64,000 nt of DNA from Atractiella rhizophila (Eukaryota), in assembly GCA_021432655.1 (NCBI GenBank), contig MU271181.1, positions 201,189 to 265,188 on the forward strand, in the 5' to 3' direction. The first letter of the stretch is position 1. Every line of letters begins with the position of its first letter. A model generated the notes under the pieces. That model did no database searches. It saw nothing but the letters and a program-made list of their open reading frames with translations, and was not told the origin of the DNA. The translations under genes and the position numbers were made by a program. Positions 46,868 to 62,961 of the stretch are shown here, piece by piece.

Positions 46868-49800
46868 TCAATATTGCAACCTTTCTTTTGTCAAAACCCA
46901 GTCCATCTTTTCCTCTACCCATGTCATTGCCATAAAAACTCGCATGTTGATCATCTCCATTGATTGATCAACATCCCACACTTTCCCATCCTTGATACCC
47001 ATGAAAAACTTCTTTACCACATTCTCATCTATGCTCCACTTCCCCAACATATTCATGCAGAGTGGGACATTGTGTAAGTTGGTCTTCAGCAGTGGGTATG
47101 GAACCTTGGACCAATGTAGAAAGTTGTTATCACAGATGTCGCGCCTGTGATTGTTTGTATTCTTCTGACGATACGCATCCTTTTGCTTCTTGCATCGACC
47201 ACAAGTCTTTACAGATCCATGGTTGCCTTCTTTGTTGGCTTCATGTATGTCACTTTCACTGGTGGAGGGTGTGTCGTATGTAGTTTCCAGAATGGTTTGA
47301 TTGCTGCTCAACACATTGTTAGTAAGTTCTCTTCCTTGTCAATAAAATACGAGTCCGTCTTGCAGCGTATTATAACTGCTCCTCTGTCGTCGAGGGGACA
47401 ATGGTAGGAGTCATGGTATGATGATGAAGTGAGGCGTTGAGGTCTTTGTATCACTTGTTCCACATCTGAAACGGATACCGGTAAGCAAATAGATTTCATG
47501 GGATAGTAACAATACCTCACCTGCTTTTCAGATTGAGAAAGTTGCTTGTACTCCTGTATCATCAGCACGTTCCTTTCCCATTGTTCGATTCGAGAGTGCC
47601 GATACATCTCACTGAACCAAGCTATCTGTTAGCCTCGTATGCCTTAAAACAAAAGCTGGACCTGACCGCCCTCCTTGAATCCACTTGACTGATGGTGGTG
47701 CACAGGGGGCAGCTCCTCCCGCATTTGCCTATATTACACATGCCTGTTATCCACGTATTAATCAGGGAAATAATGAACCTTGGCATGTAGAGAGGCGGAA
47801 GCTGCCACGACGTTGTTGACTGCCATGGCATTGCCAAATGACGGCGCTGGTAGCACGGTTTTCTGGGTGAATGTCACTGCAGAAGATGGAACAGGATTGC
47901 CTGTGCATCATGAGTTAGCATACATCGACTTAGTCAAATGGCATGCAAAGTCCGACCAGGAGCAGGAATGCCCAACTCAACATTTCACACACTGACAGCC
48001 CTGCTGTCCGTTAACACCTTTCAAGAACATCAGAAAGGCCATTGATTGAGCTAGAGAAAAAGACAAACCAATTTCAGCATCCCCTTGACACTTTCAGTGG
48101 AAATGCCACCTGTTGGTCCTGAGTGAATCCGACTTAGGCATGACAAGTCTATTCAAAGCAAAGGTACTTCAGCTGTTGCTGTGAGCATGCTACCGAGGAG
48201 AAGTAGACAAACCATTAGCATCGGGACAGTAGGATTCTGTAACCTGTTGGTAGTGGCTATGGAGGTCATGGGAGATGTGGGATCATCGTTTAAATCTCAA
48301 AGCAGAATAGCTGATGATACCTTGAACAGCGGTAAACGGATGGTGGAAACCTTACTGGTTTCAGATTTCTTTGCAAGCTCATCTTGAGGTTGGACTGAGG
48401 ACCTGGCAGCACTCCGTAAGGTAGAATCTAGAATGTCCTCGGAAGTAGTTGTTCTACATACTTTGTTAGAAAATTGAAAGAGTTTCACAGAGAAGACGCA
48501 CAACTGAGGAAAGACTTCAATCATTCTTCCTTTATTCTCTTTGACTTTCAACTTTGCTCCCTTCTTCTTCTCCACTTCCTTTCTTCCAGACGTAGTTGTA
48601 TCTTCTCAAAAGCATCCATCGTGCCCCTGTGTCACACCATCCACCTGCTCTTCTACCTTAACCCACTTCACTGCTCACCTGTCCACCACGTTGAGGTTCT
48701 CAAGCTGCCGATGCTTCAGTTCACAAAAGACGTGGTCTGCCATGGCATGTCCTTGACACTGCGTAAGCTTAGGAAACTTGCACTTGAGTATGGCGATTCC
48801 ATGAATCCGATGGAAATGAGGGATCTTAGACCATGTCTTCTGGCAGTATAGTGGAGTGTTATACATTTCCTTAAGAATCTCCCTCGCTTCCCACTTCATA
48901 TCAGCTATTCGCTCCGTGGTGATCTGTGCACCATTCTTAGTCTTAAGCCATTCATACTTGCGCTTTTCCTTCTCTCCAGGAGGTAGCTTTGGGAACAGCG
49001 TCCGCTATTTCTTGAAATCGTCAAAAGTGAAGTAGGGAATATGAGAAGGCTTTTCTCGGGTAGGTGGAGGCAGTTGGAAGTCACGATACTGTTGCGGAAT
49101 GTCGAAATTATTCAGTTTGGGCATCTGGACTGATGTGGTGGAGGAAACTGCAGGTGTAAGAGAAGTATTGGAAGCTAGGTTACAGATAGCCATCCTTCAA
49201 CCCATAGTTATGCCCCTACAGATTAAATGAAAGATTTGTTGACACGTACTGTAGAGCTTCATTAAGTCCTCTCAACTGTTCCACCTCCTTGACAAAACGT
49301 AGATATACCACATTTCCAGATATTCCCAAGGTATGCTCGTCCACACTTCCAACCAACATGATCTCAGAACGAGAGTGCCTTAATGGTGTCTGAACACATA
49401 AGACTATTGTATTGATGGAGGGTGGCATGACGGCAGAGTCTGGTAGATGGCTGTGAGGTGTAACTGCTGCCAGGGGAGATTGTGTTGGTGTAAGGACGGT
49501 GAGATGTTCATAAGGGTCATAACCTGTACATTCCACCAATTAATTCATGATATGAATAGTAGAGAATGTAATAAAGTAACATACCTTCCCTAAATCATCC
49601 AAGCTATTGTTATCACTCCATATTTCTTCTTTTAGTATTCGAGCGTTTAGTAGCAGCCATGTACTTCTCAGCTTTAACGGTATATGTCAGACTGAAGGAG
49701 ATTGTCAAGTTGAAAAAAATTGAAGTAGGCAACGCACATGAGCAAGTTCACTTTGTATCCATTCCATAACTCCTCTCACTTCCTCAAGTCATGTCATGGA
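46868..49800 (-). pseudogene. Long decayed gene of unknown, possibly TE, origin
   Basis: Chain of broken minus-strand ORFs ending in a Cys/His cluster (TCGRCKK..NHRRDIC); family not recognised. Confidence 0.35.
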
Positions 49801-50089
49801 GACTGCAGAAGATGCACTAGATTGGACATGCAACTGTAGCAGATACCGTGGGGGGGAGTGGTAAAGAGTAGCGAAGAGGACATTTAATCGACATGCACGA
49901 TATCGTGAGGCAGATCTTGCTGGGATTGATGGATCTGAGGAGGAGGAAGAAGGAGAGATGGCGGGTAACGTGAAGGTGAGGTGGAGCAAGATTCCTATGC
50001 AAACACATTCAATAGAGGAACCAGTGTAAGGATTTGACTGAAAGATAGCCTTGTCTAAATCCTCTGTTAGGCTGTTCATTCCGCAGATG

Positions 50090-50800
50090 CTGCCATTAGC
50101 TACACATGTAGCCTTGAAAGTCTCATAGACAGTTCCTTTGACTGTTCGGATATCCTCAAAAGATTTGGGATTCAACCTGATGCAGAAGCATTCAGAGATA
50201 GAATAACTCCCCTTGTGACGGCACAATATAGTAGATACACCAATGGCTTCTTGTCTCTCCCGGATTTTCCAAGAGCATGAGCCTGACTTCCAGATAAGGA
50301 ATTGAGGAGCCTTAGGATAGGTAAGGTCTTCAGTAATGTTGCAGTTTTCCCGACAGTAAGTGAAGACCTCTGTCAACATTGTTTTAGCAAAGTTGTTCCT
50401 GCCAACAATGTCACCCAGGGACTCATCCTGAGGATTAAAGGTCACAGAATGCTAATCAGAGAGGTGTGCTGCCAATCAAATAACCACAGGAAAATGCTGG
50501 TGTAAAGTAAAATGGAAAATCCTATAACAGGCTGTAAATTGTATCAATAAGCCCTAACATCATCTCAGGAGTACTTCTTAACACTTATCTTCAGAAGATC
50601 CGATGAATCTAGCATCCAAGTACTCTTGAATCTCAGCCACCACCCTAACATCACCTCGGTCGCTATGAAGGACAGCTTGCGCCTGATCATTTCCTTTGTA
50701 GATGTATTTGAAGAGGTACTTGATTGATTTAAAGGAGATGCAGAGTTCGGTTGATATATCAACAGGGTCCATGAAGCATATGATTGTAGACAATCTCAAA
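50090..50800 (-). pseudogene. Helitron RepHel fragment (end of Rep and linker)
   Basis: SIKYLFKYIYKGND, EIQEYLDARFIGSSE, TMLTEVF, DLTYPKAPQFLIWK, SFEDIRTVKGTVYETFKATC. Confidence 0.85.
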
Positions 50801-50849
50801 CAATTCAGGATTCATATCCTTGTCAGGAAATTCGCCAGACATTATGCGG

Positions 50850-53575
50850 TCAATCGCCTCGACATCACAGCTCCCGAAGGTGTACAGGACCCTATTGAGG
50901 CCTTTCTTGCTGAGGTAGAGCGGGTCGAATTGGGAAGACTCATACGTGATGGCTTTGCATGACCAACTGTTGGAAATGAAGGAGAGGAAGAGCCTAAGGA
51001 TGGCTTATCGGAAAAAGACTCAACAGATCCAGAAGAGGACGACTTCTCAGATGGAGAGGAGGAAACTAGGCTGGGAGGAGTCAGAGTGATGGATGAGTGT
51101 GGGCAGATCGACTGTATACAATCTTGAAGTTTCCTGTTTATTCCGGAACAGTGGATGATATGGTTTCTAACCTCTTACTGAGTGACGAGCAGCTTGCACG
51201 CCTTTTACACGAGCAGAAAGTGGTTCAGGAAGCCGAGCGCCAAGTTCACGATGTCAGAGACCAAGAAAAGTATGGACAAACACCTTTATCTCATGAACAA
51301 ATCATATCCCTGGAGCTTTTCATGATGTGCCATGGTCATGCTGCTGGATGCCTTTATGACGATCTGCGTCTCTGGATAGAGGAGCGATTTCAGACTCCTA
51401 CCCTCTCTCTTGACCAAATCAAGCGGCTTGTTAGGAATCAAAGCCGTATCATTCCTGAAGCTTTTGATATGTGTCCAAATACCTGCATTGCTTATACCGG
51501 TAGTCGATGTGATCTTCGAGAGTGCCCTAAATGCCATCTTCCTCGCTATCGACAAAAGACTATGCGAAGTGGACGAACTAAGGATGTTTCCCAACAACAG
51601 TTCTTCCTTGTTCCTGTTGAGACTGCTCTTCAGGCACGTTGGGCAACACCTCAAGGATCTTCTGCTTTGAAGCATCGAGCGAGACGCACAAAAGCTCTGC
51701 TTACGAAATGTCCATTACCAGGAATGGTTCCAGACCAGTTTGACGATATTTATTGTGGTTCAGATTACTTGAAGCTGGTACATGAGAAGGAGATTCTCCC
51801 TTCTGATACACTGCTCGCCTTCTTGCTCGACAGTGCTCAGGTGTTCAATAACAAAAAACCTTCAGATGCAATATTTATCATCATGATCAACTACAACCTT
51901 CCTCCAGAGATCCGCTACAAACAGCAATATGTTATTCCTTAGGACCAGAATTCCTTTCTTTATCCAATTTTCCAACGCGTCAAAAAGCTGTCTATTAGTG
52001 GTTTTCCTATCCACGACTCTGAGTGCGATATCTGGTTCCGTTCTTGTCCTTTATCACGCATGGGCTTTTCGATACCATCTGCGCTAGTGAGATGGCAGGA
52101 GAAGTTGGCCATACAGGTCGTTGAGGCTGTCACATTAATGGCTGTGCCTTGATCAGAGTACATGAGCCTGGACATTCAATCTACTATTATCGTCTCAGCC
52201 AGCCGACAAATTATCAAGAGTCTGAAGTTGAGCGACCAGATTATGATCCTCATAATCTTCTCACCGAAACTGCCCAGGAATATCGAAACCATTTGGAAGA
52301 ACTTCATGCAGCACACCGTGCTGCTCAACTTCAAATAGCAGCTGCCCTCCAGCGAAAATATGGCATTGTCCGTGATACAACTTTTGCCGAATACCTACGT
52401 TTGGTGACGGTCCTCCTTTCTGTTTCATTCTTGATGGCATGCATCATCCAAATCTCAATTTTCCTGAACTGATGCTAGGTCTCTGGCGAGGCATGATTCG
52501 TCCATCCAACATGATAAGAGCGAAAACAGGCAAACGCAAGTGTGGACAGGACGCACCTTTTCAATCATCTATCCTCCCAGAAGATCAACAGGAATGGGAG
52601 GTTCTTTTGGGCGAAGCTCGGCAACAGCATGGTATTGAAGTCGCAAACACTCGCACACACATCTCTTCATCATGGGACAAATTTCTTCGGAACATTCATA
52701 TCAAGTACTCTGATTATAAGGCAAAGGAGTGGGAGACTTATTTCTATGGACTTGGACCAGGATTGCTCGAAGGGTACATTCCTGAACCATTCTATTTATA
52801 CTATGTCAAAATCGTTCACTGCATTCGAATTCTGTGAAAGTGTCAAATCTCTCGAGGGGAGCTGGACTTAGCTAAGGGATTAATTATTGAATATGTTAAA
52901 GAGTTTGAGCAGCTGTATTATCGAAACGACATCCACTGTGTCAATTTCTGTTGAATGTCTCTGCACAAGTTTTTGCATCTTGCAGCTCAAACTCGTCGAG
53001 TTGGACCATTTATCTACGTTACTCAGTGGACTCTCCGGCGAACCATCGGAATTTTGGGCTCAAGAATATGCCAACCATGAAAGCCTTACCGGAATCTTTC
53101 AAAGCAGTGTATTCAGCAAGCACCGTGTCAAGCGTTACGTCCCATTGATACCACTAATGGAGGAACAAATGCTCCGTACACTCCCTAAAGGTGCTCTCGA
53201 ATTAGGTGGTTCATTTGTAGTTTTACGTGCCTCTGAACCTGCAGTCTTTACCGATGGACCTGAGAGGGATGTCACTTTGAATTATCTGCAACAGCTTCAC
53301 ACTGAAGTGGAGCTGTTGGTATGGAATGGTAACTGTACAAAATGGGCACATCTTCAACTGCCAAATGGGGAGTGAGTGTGTACTTGATGGAAGGAACCTC
53401 AACGCCCTCTGAATGAGGTTCGGATCAGCCGGAACATCATGTATACACGACGGAGCTCCACTACCTCGAAAGTGGAAGTTGAATGCAGCGAGGTCAATTG
53501 CTTCTTGGAACTGACCACGGCCTCCGTTATGCACCATCTTGCTCTAGTTCGACGATTCCAAGAGTATGAGAGCCA
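50850..53575 (+). pseudogene. CACTA/EnSpm (Tnp2-like) transposase, decayed
   Basis: DMCPNTCIAYTG..CPKCHLPRY, DIYCGSDY, NYNLPPEIRYK, YKAKEWETYFY, VGPFIYVTQW; many frameshifts. Confidence 0.82.
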
Positions 53576-53579
53576 TGAT

Positions 53580-55150
53580 CATCCTCAATGACACGGGAGA
53601 GCAGCTGCGTGATGATCAAACGTGTACCTTTACAGAGCCCAGCTGAAGGATTGAGGTTTCATATTAGAATGATAGGGGCTCCAACTTTGAGATGAAGAGG
53701 ATGAAGAGGGAGACCCATCATATTGAGAGTATTGAGGTATTCAACTGTGAAGCCTTGTTGAATATTCTCACTGTCGTCCATCAATTGGTCAGCACTAAGG
53801 TAGATACGTTCCTGTCGGGAGACAAATTGTCGAATAAGCTGATCATTTATCATGTCAACATCAACATTCCGGGCCGTAAGGACCATGCGCTCTTGAAAGT
53901 ATTGCCTCAACTCGACTGGGTTGACATCTTGCGTTATGGTGCTCAGTCCAGGGTATATGTCAGTCAGGAGACCGTCCAGACCACGGGGTCGCCGGACTAT
54001 TGTTTGGTCCTTCATAGTCAATGGACCACGGCCACAGTTGTCTGGGTTATCTGTTGCGCGATTACCAACTGACAACAACCATTCAGCAAAGCCAGAGGCA
54101 ATAGCAAAGTCTCTGCTACTCATTTCGGACCGGCGACGGAGCAGGCGCATATTTACTGTGAGAGGGAGGACTTGAACTGCTGGCCAAAAGGGACTGTTGA
54201 TGACATACGCATCAACGATCTCTGCACGTGAAGCTTTGGACATAACTGGGAGGCATTGTCGCATGTCGCCTAATTATTTATCAGAGAGTAACTCTTTGAC
54301 TTGATACACATACCACCAAGAACCAAACTAACTCCACCAAAAGGTACATCCACCCTACATATATCTCTCAGCATCTGGTCAACTGCTTCAAAGCACCATC
54401 GATGACTCATTCCCACTTCGTCCCAAATTATCAATTCTACCTCCCGGGAAAGTTGACTGTGATCACTTTGAGTCATAACACTACAGATGGAATCAGCCTC
54501 AATGTCCAATGGGATCCAGAAGTGAGTATGGGCCGTTCGTCCACCTTCAGCAGAATAGCAGCAATACTGGAAGAGGCCACTGCCAGCGCAATTTTCCCCG
54601 CTGAGCGCACCCTGGCACATAATAGGTTTTCAACAAAAGTCTTTCCAGTCCTTCCTGGCCCATCGACAAAAATAATCCACCATTCCACTTTGCCATGCTT
54701 CTACAACCATGTCATAAGCATGACATCGGTCCATATTTAATAACGGCAACTCTGTCTAAATATATGCGTGAAGTGGTTGTCGATCATATGCAAGTTCTTC
54801 TCCAATAATCCTTGTCTCACCCCCAATCTTTCTAGTCACTCTGTGGGATGCGGTAGTCCAGAGTTACGTACGCATTTACTATGAGCTTGGAGAAGATCTT
54901 CAATTTCGAGGAGACAAACGCTGATAATTTGCTCTTCGTTGGATTGTCTACACCCTATTTTGTCTGTAGAAGGTGTTTACAATCATCACTGAGTTGCTCA
55001 TCATGGCTGTCCCATAATGGCTACTCATGCGTTTGCAAGAGCTCAGCCAAACGTAATACATTTGTTTGAGGTTAACAAAGCAGCAGAGAAAAACAACACT
55101 CTTGCAACTCTGTGAAGAATGACAGAACACAAAAGTGATCAAGACTGCGA
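53580..55150 (-). pseudogene. Helitron PIF1-like helicase fragment
   Basis: Walker A FVDGPGRTGKTF, LIIWDEVGM, PFGGVSLVLGG/DMRQCLPV (intron), LTVNMRL, FAEWLLSVG, EYLNTL..LPLHPLHLKVGAPIILI. Confidence 0.9.
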
Positions 55151-56377
55151 TGACATCAGCACGGTTGTCTATGGAACTATAGGCCCTATGATAGCTTATA
55201 GGAGCTCATAGGAGCTCATAGGGTTTTTGTCACCTGGGCTCTATCGTAGACAGCTAGGAGTGCTGCTATTGTTTGCACAGGGCAGGAAAAAGGTATGGGA
55301 GACCTGTTTTTGGGCGTGAGTCCGCCGCTTATTTGGATGGGGAACGCTGATCTCATTCGTGTTCGTGGAATAGGTTTCGCCGTGGGATGACGAGCGTTGG
55401 GATTTCGAGACTCAGAAAGGATATCCCTTGAACAACATTTCAAACCTTGGTCCGACAGCGATCCTTGTGGCGCTTGGTAGGTTGACTTTTTGGAACCGTT
55501 GATGGAGTTACTGCGACAGGAACTTCGCAGTCTATTCCTCTGCCCCAATTTGAGCAATCACTTTCTACGTTGCTCTGACAGCTTATAATATACTTCTCCG
55601 AAACCCTGCGAGATATCATCATCGTTGTATGTATTTCTCCGTTCCTCTTTCAACGTCATTCAAGTTATAGACCATCCTCCTCTTCCCACCCACGTAAACG
55701 CTCCTCATCGGACTCAAGCCCTCGCAAGCTTCTCCCTCCCCGCCATTCCTGCCGGTACAACTACTCCTCGTCTACATTACTGGAATATCTGGAGAACATT
55801 GCAACGGGACGCACATTTCGACACTACCAGTGTGTTGAACAAGGCTGGTCAAGAAAGAGCAGGCCAAGAACTCGCACGGCTGATACGAGAGGAGGGATGG
55901 CCGAGTCAGAAACCCTGAGAGGAGCGTTAAACTGCACGAAGCACATGGGAGCAGTGTGGCCGCCTCTTTTTTGCGATCCCAGTTAGACAGAGAATGGTCA
56001 TCTTTGACCGGTGCAGTTCGGGTCCACAGTAAACTTATGGGATTTCAATCAAAGATTTGAAGGACTTGAAGTTTGGGCATTTTTGGGCATTATGTTGTTC
56101 AGGTGTTCGATTAGTGCTCAGCTGTTTATCAATCAAGCATGTCAATCTCTCTCCGCACACTTGCACTACCCCACGCTTTGTTCGCCTTGCAGGAAATCAA
56201 GGTTCCAACACTGCTGCTAATGTATTCCAAGTCAATGCAATCGTGTGCTTGGGACAACGATATGCTCCTTGCTTCAACACTACCAAATAACAAGTACGCA
56301 TCTTGTGACAACGCCAGCGCATCAACAAGTACAAACAAACTCTTGTTCTTGTCTCCAGTGGAAGTGGAAGGTCGAGC

Positions 56378-58004
<1,627 letters not shown>

Positions 58005-58543
58005 GAATTGTTTTGATTAAGGAAATTGTCGGTTGGTTTGCGGGGTAGAGCTGATAGTCAATTTGTCGAACCGAGAAAAGGAGGAATTGTCCAAGGTCGA
58101 GGAAAGAGAGAAGGTGGTGAAATTGAGTGAACTATGACAGTGAGACAGGAACCCGCCTTCTGGTGGGCCGTGTCGCTGGTTGGAGTCGAAGAGTGGGTTG
58201 TTGCTAATAGGCGAAGGCGAGGTTAATAAGTGTGTCTGTCGTGTTTTGTGTTGCGTGAAAGATGAAATGCTAAGCATCTACAATCAATATCTCCATTGTG
58301 CACCAAAAAGAGGAAATATCAGGTGGAAGCAAGGTAAGAAGATGCGATCGTACAGCTGGATATACACCGGAATAGTAGAAGGTTCGAAATAAACGATGTG
58401 TATCGTATTGGAGAGTTGGAATATGCTGCGATGAGTTTGGCTCTGTTGAAGAATCCTTGCTATTTAGCTTCTCGCCAGGATCGGATAAAGGAAAATGAAC
58501 GACCGAAAGACTGGCACGCACGAGGAATAAGGAAGGAAGGTGG

Positions 58544-58633
58544 ACTCGCACGAGAGGAAGAGAGGTTCACTGGCGCGAGAGGAAGAGGGGTTCACTCGCG
58601 CGAGAGGAAGAGAGGTTAACTCGCGTGAGAGGA
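58544..58633. repeat. 25-bp minisatellite (~3.6 copies) upstream of the zinc-finger gene
   Basis: Unit ACTCGCGCGAGAGGAAGAGAGGTTC with 1-2 mismatches per copy. Confidence 0.85.
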
Positions 58634-60264
58634 ATATTCCTGAAACTTTTTGGGAGCAGGAGGATTAACCGTCTGAGGCTGCTTTCTGCTTACGTTTACC
58701 AGTTCCTCATAAAAGTGCCAACATTCCAATTTCTTTGCCCATCCAATTCCGAAGCAAAGGCTCAACGGTAAATGCTTCCTCTTCAAGCGTTGTTCGCCTG
58801 TTCATGCAGCAATTTCACCTTTCCCGACACCAAGCAATTACTTCAACCACGACTATCGACCAAAAGCTCCAGCAAGTCGCGTCCACATTCATCCTCTGTC
58901 TATTCGAGCACAGCACTAGCGACTACCGGTGCGAACATAGCCATGTCATCACGCAGAGATTTACCTCAACCCTTCAACCTTGCGAAGTCGATTAATTCCC
59001 TCCACTATTCTTCCTCTGGTGAGATCTTACGTCTCGTTGATGAAGTGATTGGGAGTGGATTCGCTGGAGTGACAACGAACAACAGCTGCCTGATTGGTGA
59101 TTCTGCGTCGGATTTGTCAGCTGTGATGAATTTCAGTTCAAACATCACCCGTGCTTACCCACCTGATTTTAGAGACGTGAGCATACAGACGATCAACGAG
59201 ATCCCGCACCTAAAAAGCAAGAGCGGGAGTTGAACCGTCAGGTCAGCATCAGAGACTCCCGCAGGAACGAGAAGACCAACCTCGAAAAAGGAGCGGATGG
59301 CAACTGTGTTAGCTTATTCTGTTTTGATGATGGGGTTAGGAGTTCGTGCCTCCTGCCATTATTGAACTGTGCTAACATAGTTGTGATGACGCAGACTACG
59401 ATGAACATTTATCGCAGATGAGTGTTGGCCATCATAAATCCCCAGGCTTCCCTTGGGTACGCTCATCGGTGCTCTGACTCGTTAGCCCTCCACCCCTTCA
59501 GTCGCATTGCACCTTTATCTAAGACTAGTTACTCTGGATTTGAGAGGAGCGCGAATGAATGGCTCGCGAACAGTGAACCCAGGTTGAGTCGTCGACAATC
59601 CGGGAAAGTGACAGATACTTCGCTCCTGTCCTGTGATGCCACCGAGTTCTCTGCTACCGCTTCGCTTCAGCCTTCAATTCGAAGTTTGCCGCAAATCGGT
59701 CATCTCGGTACTGGTGCGCCTTGTCCGATGACCGCCAGGTCACTTGCACTGGTAGTCCCAAGGCCGATGGGAGAGGACAATCGCGCGGAGCCAAATATCA
59801 CCCTCAAAATAGGCATCTCGAGCGCCCCGATGGCTTCCCCTGTCAGAGTTTGGCACCGTTTTAAGCTACATTCGTGCCACTGTCATTTGTGGCTCTAGTT
59901 TTCTTTCCCCTTTGCCGTTTCTCTCATTTTGCCGAGTTCCTCAAGGTATAAAAAGCCCATTATAACTTCATTGTAATGCATTCCTTTAGACCCTTGGAAT
60001 CAACATCCCCAACCCCTAATACCATTGCCGATCAGTTTTCCAACGTAGGGAACATCTTCGATCTCTGGCTCGCCTTCTAAAACTGACTAGTGTTTCCTTA
60101 CAGGTCCGCATCCATGGGAATCCCTACTCCACATTCACCTCTCACTTCACGACCTCGATATCAAAGTCGTGTAACCATGATCCTTATTACGCCGAACAGA
60201 ACAAACATAGCATGCCCAGAACCCTCGATGTGAGATGGTGACTGATCAATTCTATTCTTGGGCT

Positions 60265-60557
60265 CGAAGATCAGCAGGCAGCATGTACACGCTATCCAAG
60301 GACAAATCGGGCTACAGACATCTTCAAATGAAGTTGGAGGAAGATAACCCCGAACATCGCGATCTAATCTTCCAGGAAATCTTCCCACATTTTAACGAAT
60401 TAATGACGCATACTTGTATGTAGTGTTATCTACAGACATCATATCTCCATAACCCCCGGAACAGTCGACTCTATTTCAGGAGAACTGGTCTCCATCGCGT
60501 TGAACATGCACGGAACTCGAGCTGTCCAGAAGATCATCGATCACCTTTCCACATGAT
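60265..60557 (+). pseudogene. Pumilio/PUF repeat gene fragment (Puf4/Mpt5-like)
   Basis: MYTLSKDKSGYRHLQMKLEE..IFQEIFPHFNELMT and ELVSIALNMHGTRAVQKIIDHL followed by a stop; the intervening repeat is missing. Confidence 0.8.
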
Positions 60558-62729
60558 GCCAGATGTGTACTATAACCTGAAATGAGAGTCTCAATGCGTG
60601 AACACTGTATATGGATGATTTCGGCTCATATAGAAGAGACAGACCTATAGACGAGACGGACCCAAGATATTGAATATTGAAGGTTTTTTTTGGAGGTCGT
60701 GGCACCATAGGATGAATGCACACAACTCAGAATGAGTTTGTCGTAACGGGCATTGCGTTGTACCGATTACATGATCCCTACATCAATGCATAAGCCATGA
60801 AATTAAAATGTGAGCGTAGGGAATAATAGAGCACGCTTACAAGATGGCTGCTGGTCGTTTTCCTTGAAATTTGAACCCCCGCCCGTGCGCACAGTTACCT
60901 TCCGTAAAATACCATCATCAATTGAGAAATATAAATGGGGATGAAAATTCCAACCAATTGCTTTGAATTGGCTTCTTAGAAAGTCTATTGCATGAATCAG
61001 AAAAGAGACAGCTGGAGAAGGTGCTCGCACTGTTGTGTTCCATCGGACACGCAGCTGACGGCAAGCATTTTTTCCCGCTGCAGGTGACCTCTACACATTT
61101 TGGAGTGGTGCTGGTTCCAAAGGTAATGGGCCCTTCGAAGGCTTTTGGGTCGCGACCTGTTTCAAGAGTTCTTCTAGCATCCAGATTTTTTTTTGCGATT
61201 CTCTCGAAATAGATCGTGTACCCTCATTCGAGCGGCTTATTCTCCAGTGTTTCCTCAGGCGCAGCAGGTCGTTCTGCCGTGTAAAATGGCCACATTAACC
61301 GTAGAGAAACTCACCCAGGCCACTTGCCTCTGCTGAACGAATTCTTTCCACATCATCTTGTCCCTCCACGTAAGCCATGCAAATAGCTAAGAAAGGGACA
61401 CACTGTTTATCGAATATATGTTGGCATCCGATCCTGCAGAGACATAACCTACAAATCATCAGCGCGGAACTCCTAACTCTCCATGTACAACCGCACCAGC
61501 TTCATTGGGAGTAGGCACATCGTTCGACGGAACTGGGACAAATATTAGACAATACTGTGAGCAGGACGGTGGTAGAGAGACATACTCAATGTGTCAGCTG
61601 GGTAGGAGAAAAATGGGGGATGAATCATGGGGGTGTTTTGATAGGTATAACTGAACTCTCTGTCCGCAGCCCCATAAGTTTCATTGGGAGTTGGCACACC
61701 GTTCAACGCATCTGTGGCAAGGATGAGGCCCTTTGGAAGCACGACGGTTGTAGAGTGACGTACACACGGATGTGTCGAACGAATGACGGGAATCCACGCT
61801 GATATTCTGATAGCGGCGGGAAGGGACTGACCGTAGCTGAGGAAAGGAATATTGCACATTGCGGACACCTTCTAGAACGTTACTGATACGCTCTAGAGAA
61901 GGTGCACAACGCACCAACGTACGCGTTATGCGCGATGGGAGTCGGATAAATTGGCCCGCCTTCTGGAGGATTTGGAGCGGTCAATGGGTTGAAGGGCGAC
62001 GCTGTGGTGGGACCATAATGTGGCAACGGGGGGTTAATGGTTCCAGGAAGCAAAGAGTAATGTGAGTTGCGCCCACCTGTCGACTGTCGAAAGACGGTTA
62101 TGACAAGTGGATAGCTGATACGCTGCTATGGGTCCCTGGGCATCTGCGCTCCTTGATTGGCTCCAGGGCTATTCCAAGGTATAAGGAGACGAGTGGGAGA
62201 TGACAGGAGGTGCGAAGTGATATGAGGGAGGTGGATGAGATCCAACCTGGGGACCTTCTGCATTGTACGATGGAGACGGCGTCAGGTTCGAGCGTTGCGT
62301 GCTGAAGGCAAGGCCTTCCATATTGCTTCTGGCGTTGAAGTTCTCTACAAGAAAAACGAAAATGATGAGAATGAGAAGGGAAGGAAAGAGGCAAGCCCGC
62401 AATCCATAATCCAATGCTCAGCTGAACCAAGTGACAATATAGTTTGGACAATCAACCTGGTAATTCATGCATCAATGTTATCTGTTCATCGGGTCTGGCT
62501 CGATCAGCACGGGTGGTTTGTTTAGGCAAGATCGCCTCTTGTTCGGCTGCAGGTCCCTGTTCCCGTCATGTTGCCACCTCCCCTTCCTCGCTTCAAGCAG
62601 TTTGACTCTGCACAGTGCTTCCAATCATCAAAAGTTCTTCTCTGAATGTTGACGAGAATAAAGCCATCAGACAAATGGGAAGGGATAGTGTGACGAGCAT
62701 CTATGAGGCTGTCTTTGCTCAATTGGGCA

Positions 62730-62877
62730 GTCGCCACAGGGGTCGGAGTTGGTCGGCGATAAAACTGGTTGACCAGTTTTGACCTGCTTTTTGGCTTGCA
62801 AATTTTCTCAAAATTGAAGCGCAAAACCATTTTTCGCTTGCGGCCTCCGGCCGCTTGGGCAAACCCCTGGGGGCGAC
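62730..62877. repeat. ~150-bp MITE-like element directly upstream of the Crinkler-like gene
   Basis: Imperfect terminal inverted repeat GTCGCCACAGGGG / CCCCTGGGGGCGAC; related sequence at 15859-15938 and ~45617-45650. Confidence 0.55.
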
Positions 62878-62961
62878 TAGTTTGCCACTTCCCCCCCGCA
62901 TCAAATAGCGTTCCTTCAGAACATTGCCAGTACCAATCTTTGTTCTTTACGAGCCAGCACA

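Noticed and set aside
61300..62450. Minus-strand ORF fragments with a hydrophobic stretch
   Set aside because: Could be a small spliced gene, but I could not build a supportable model.
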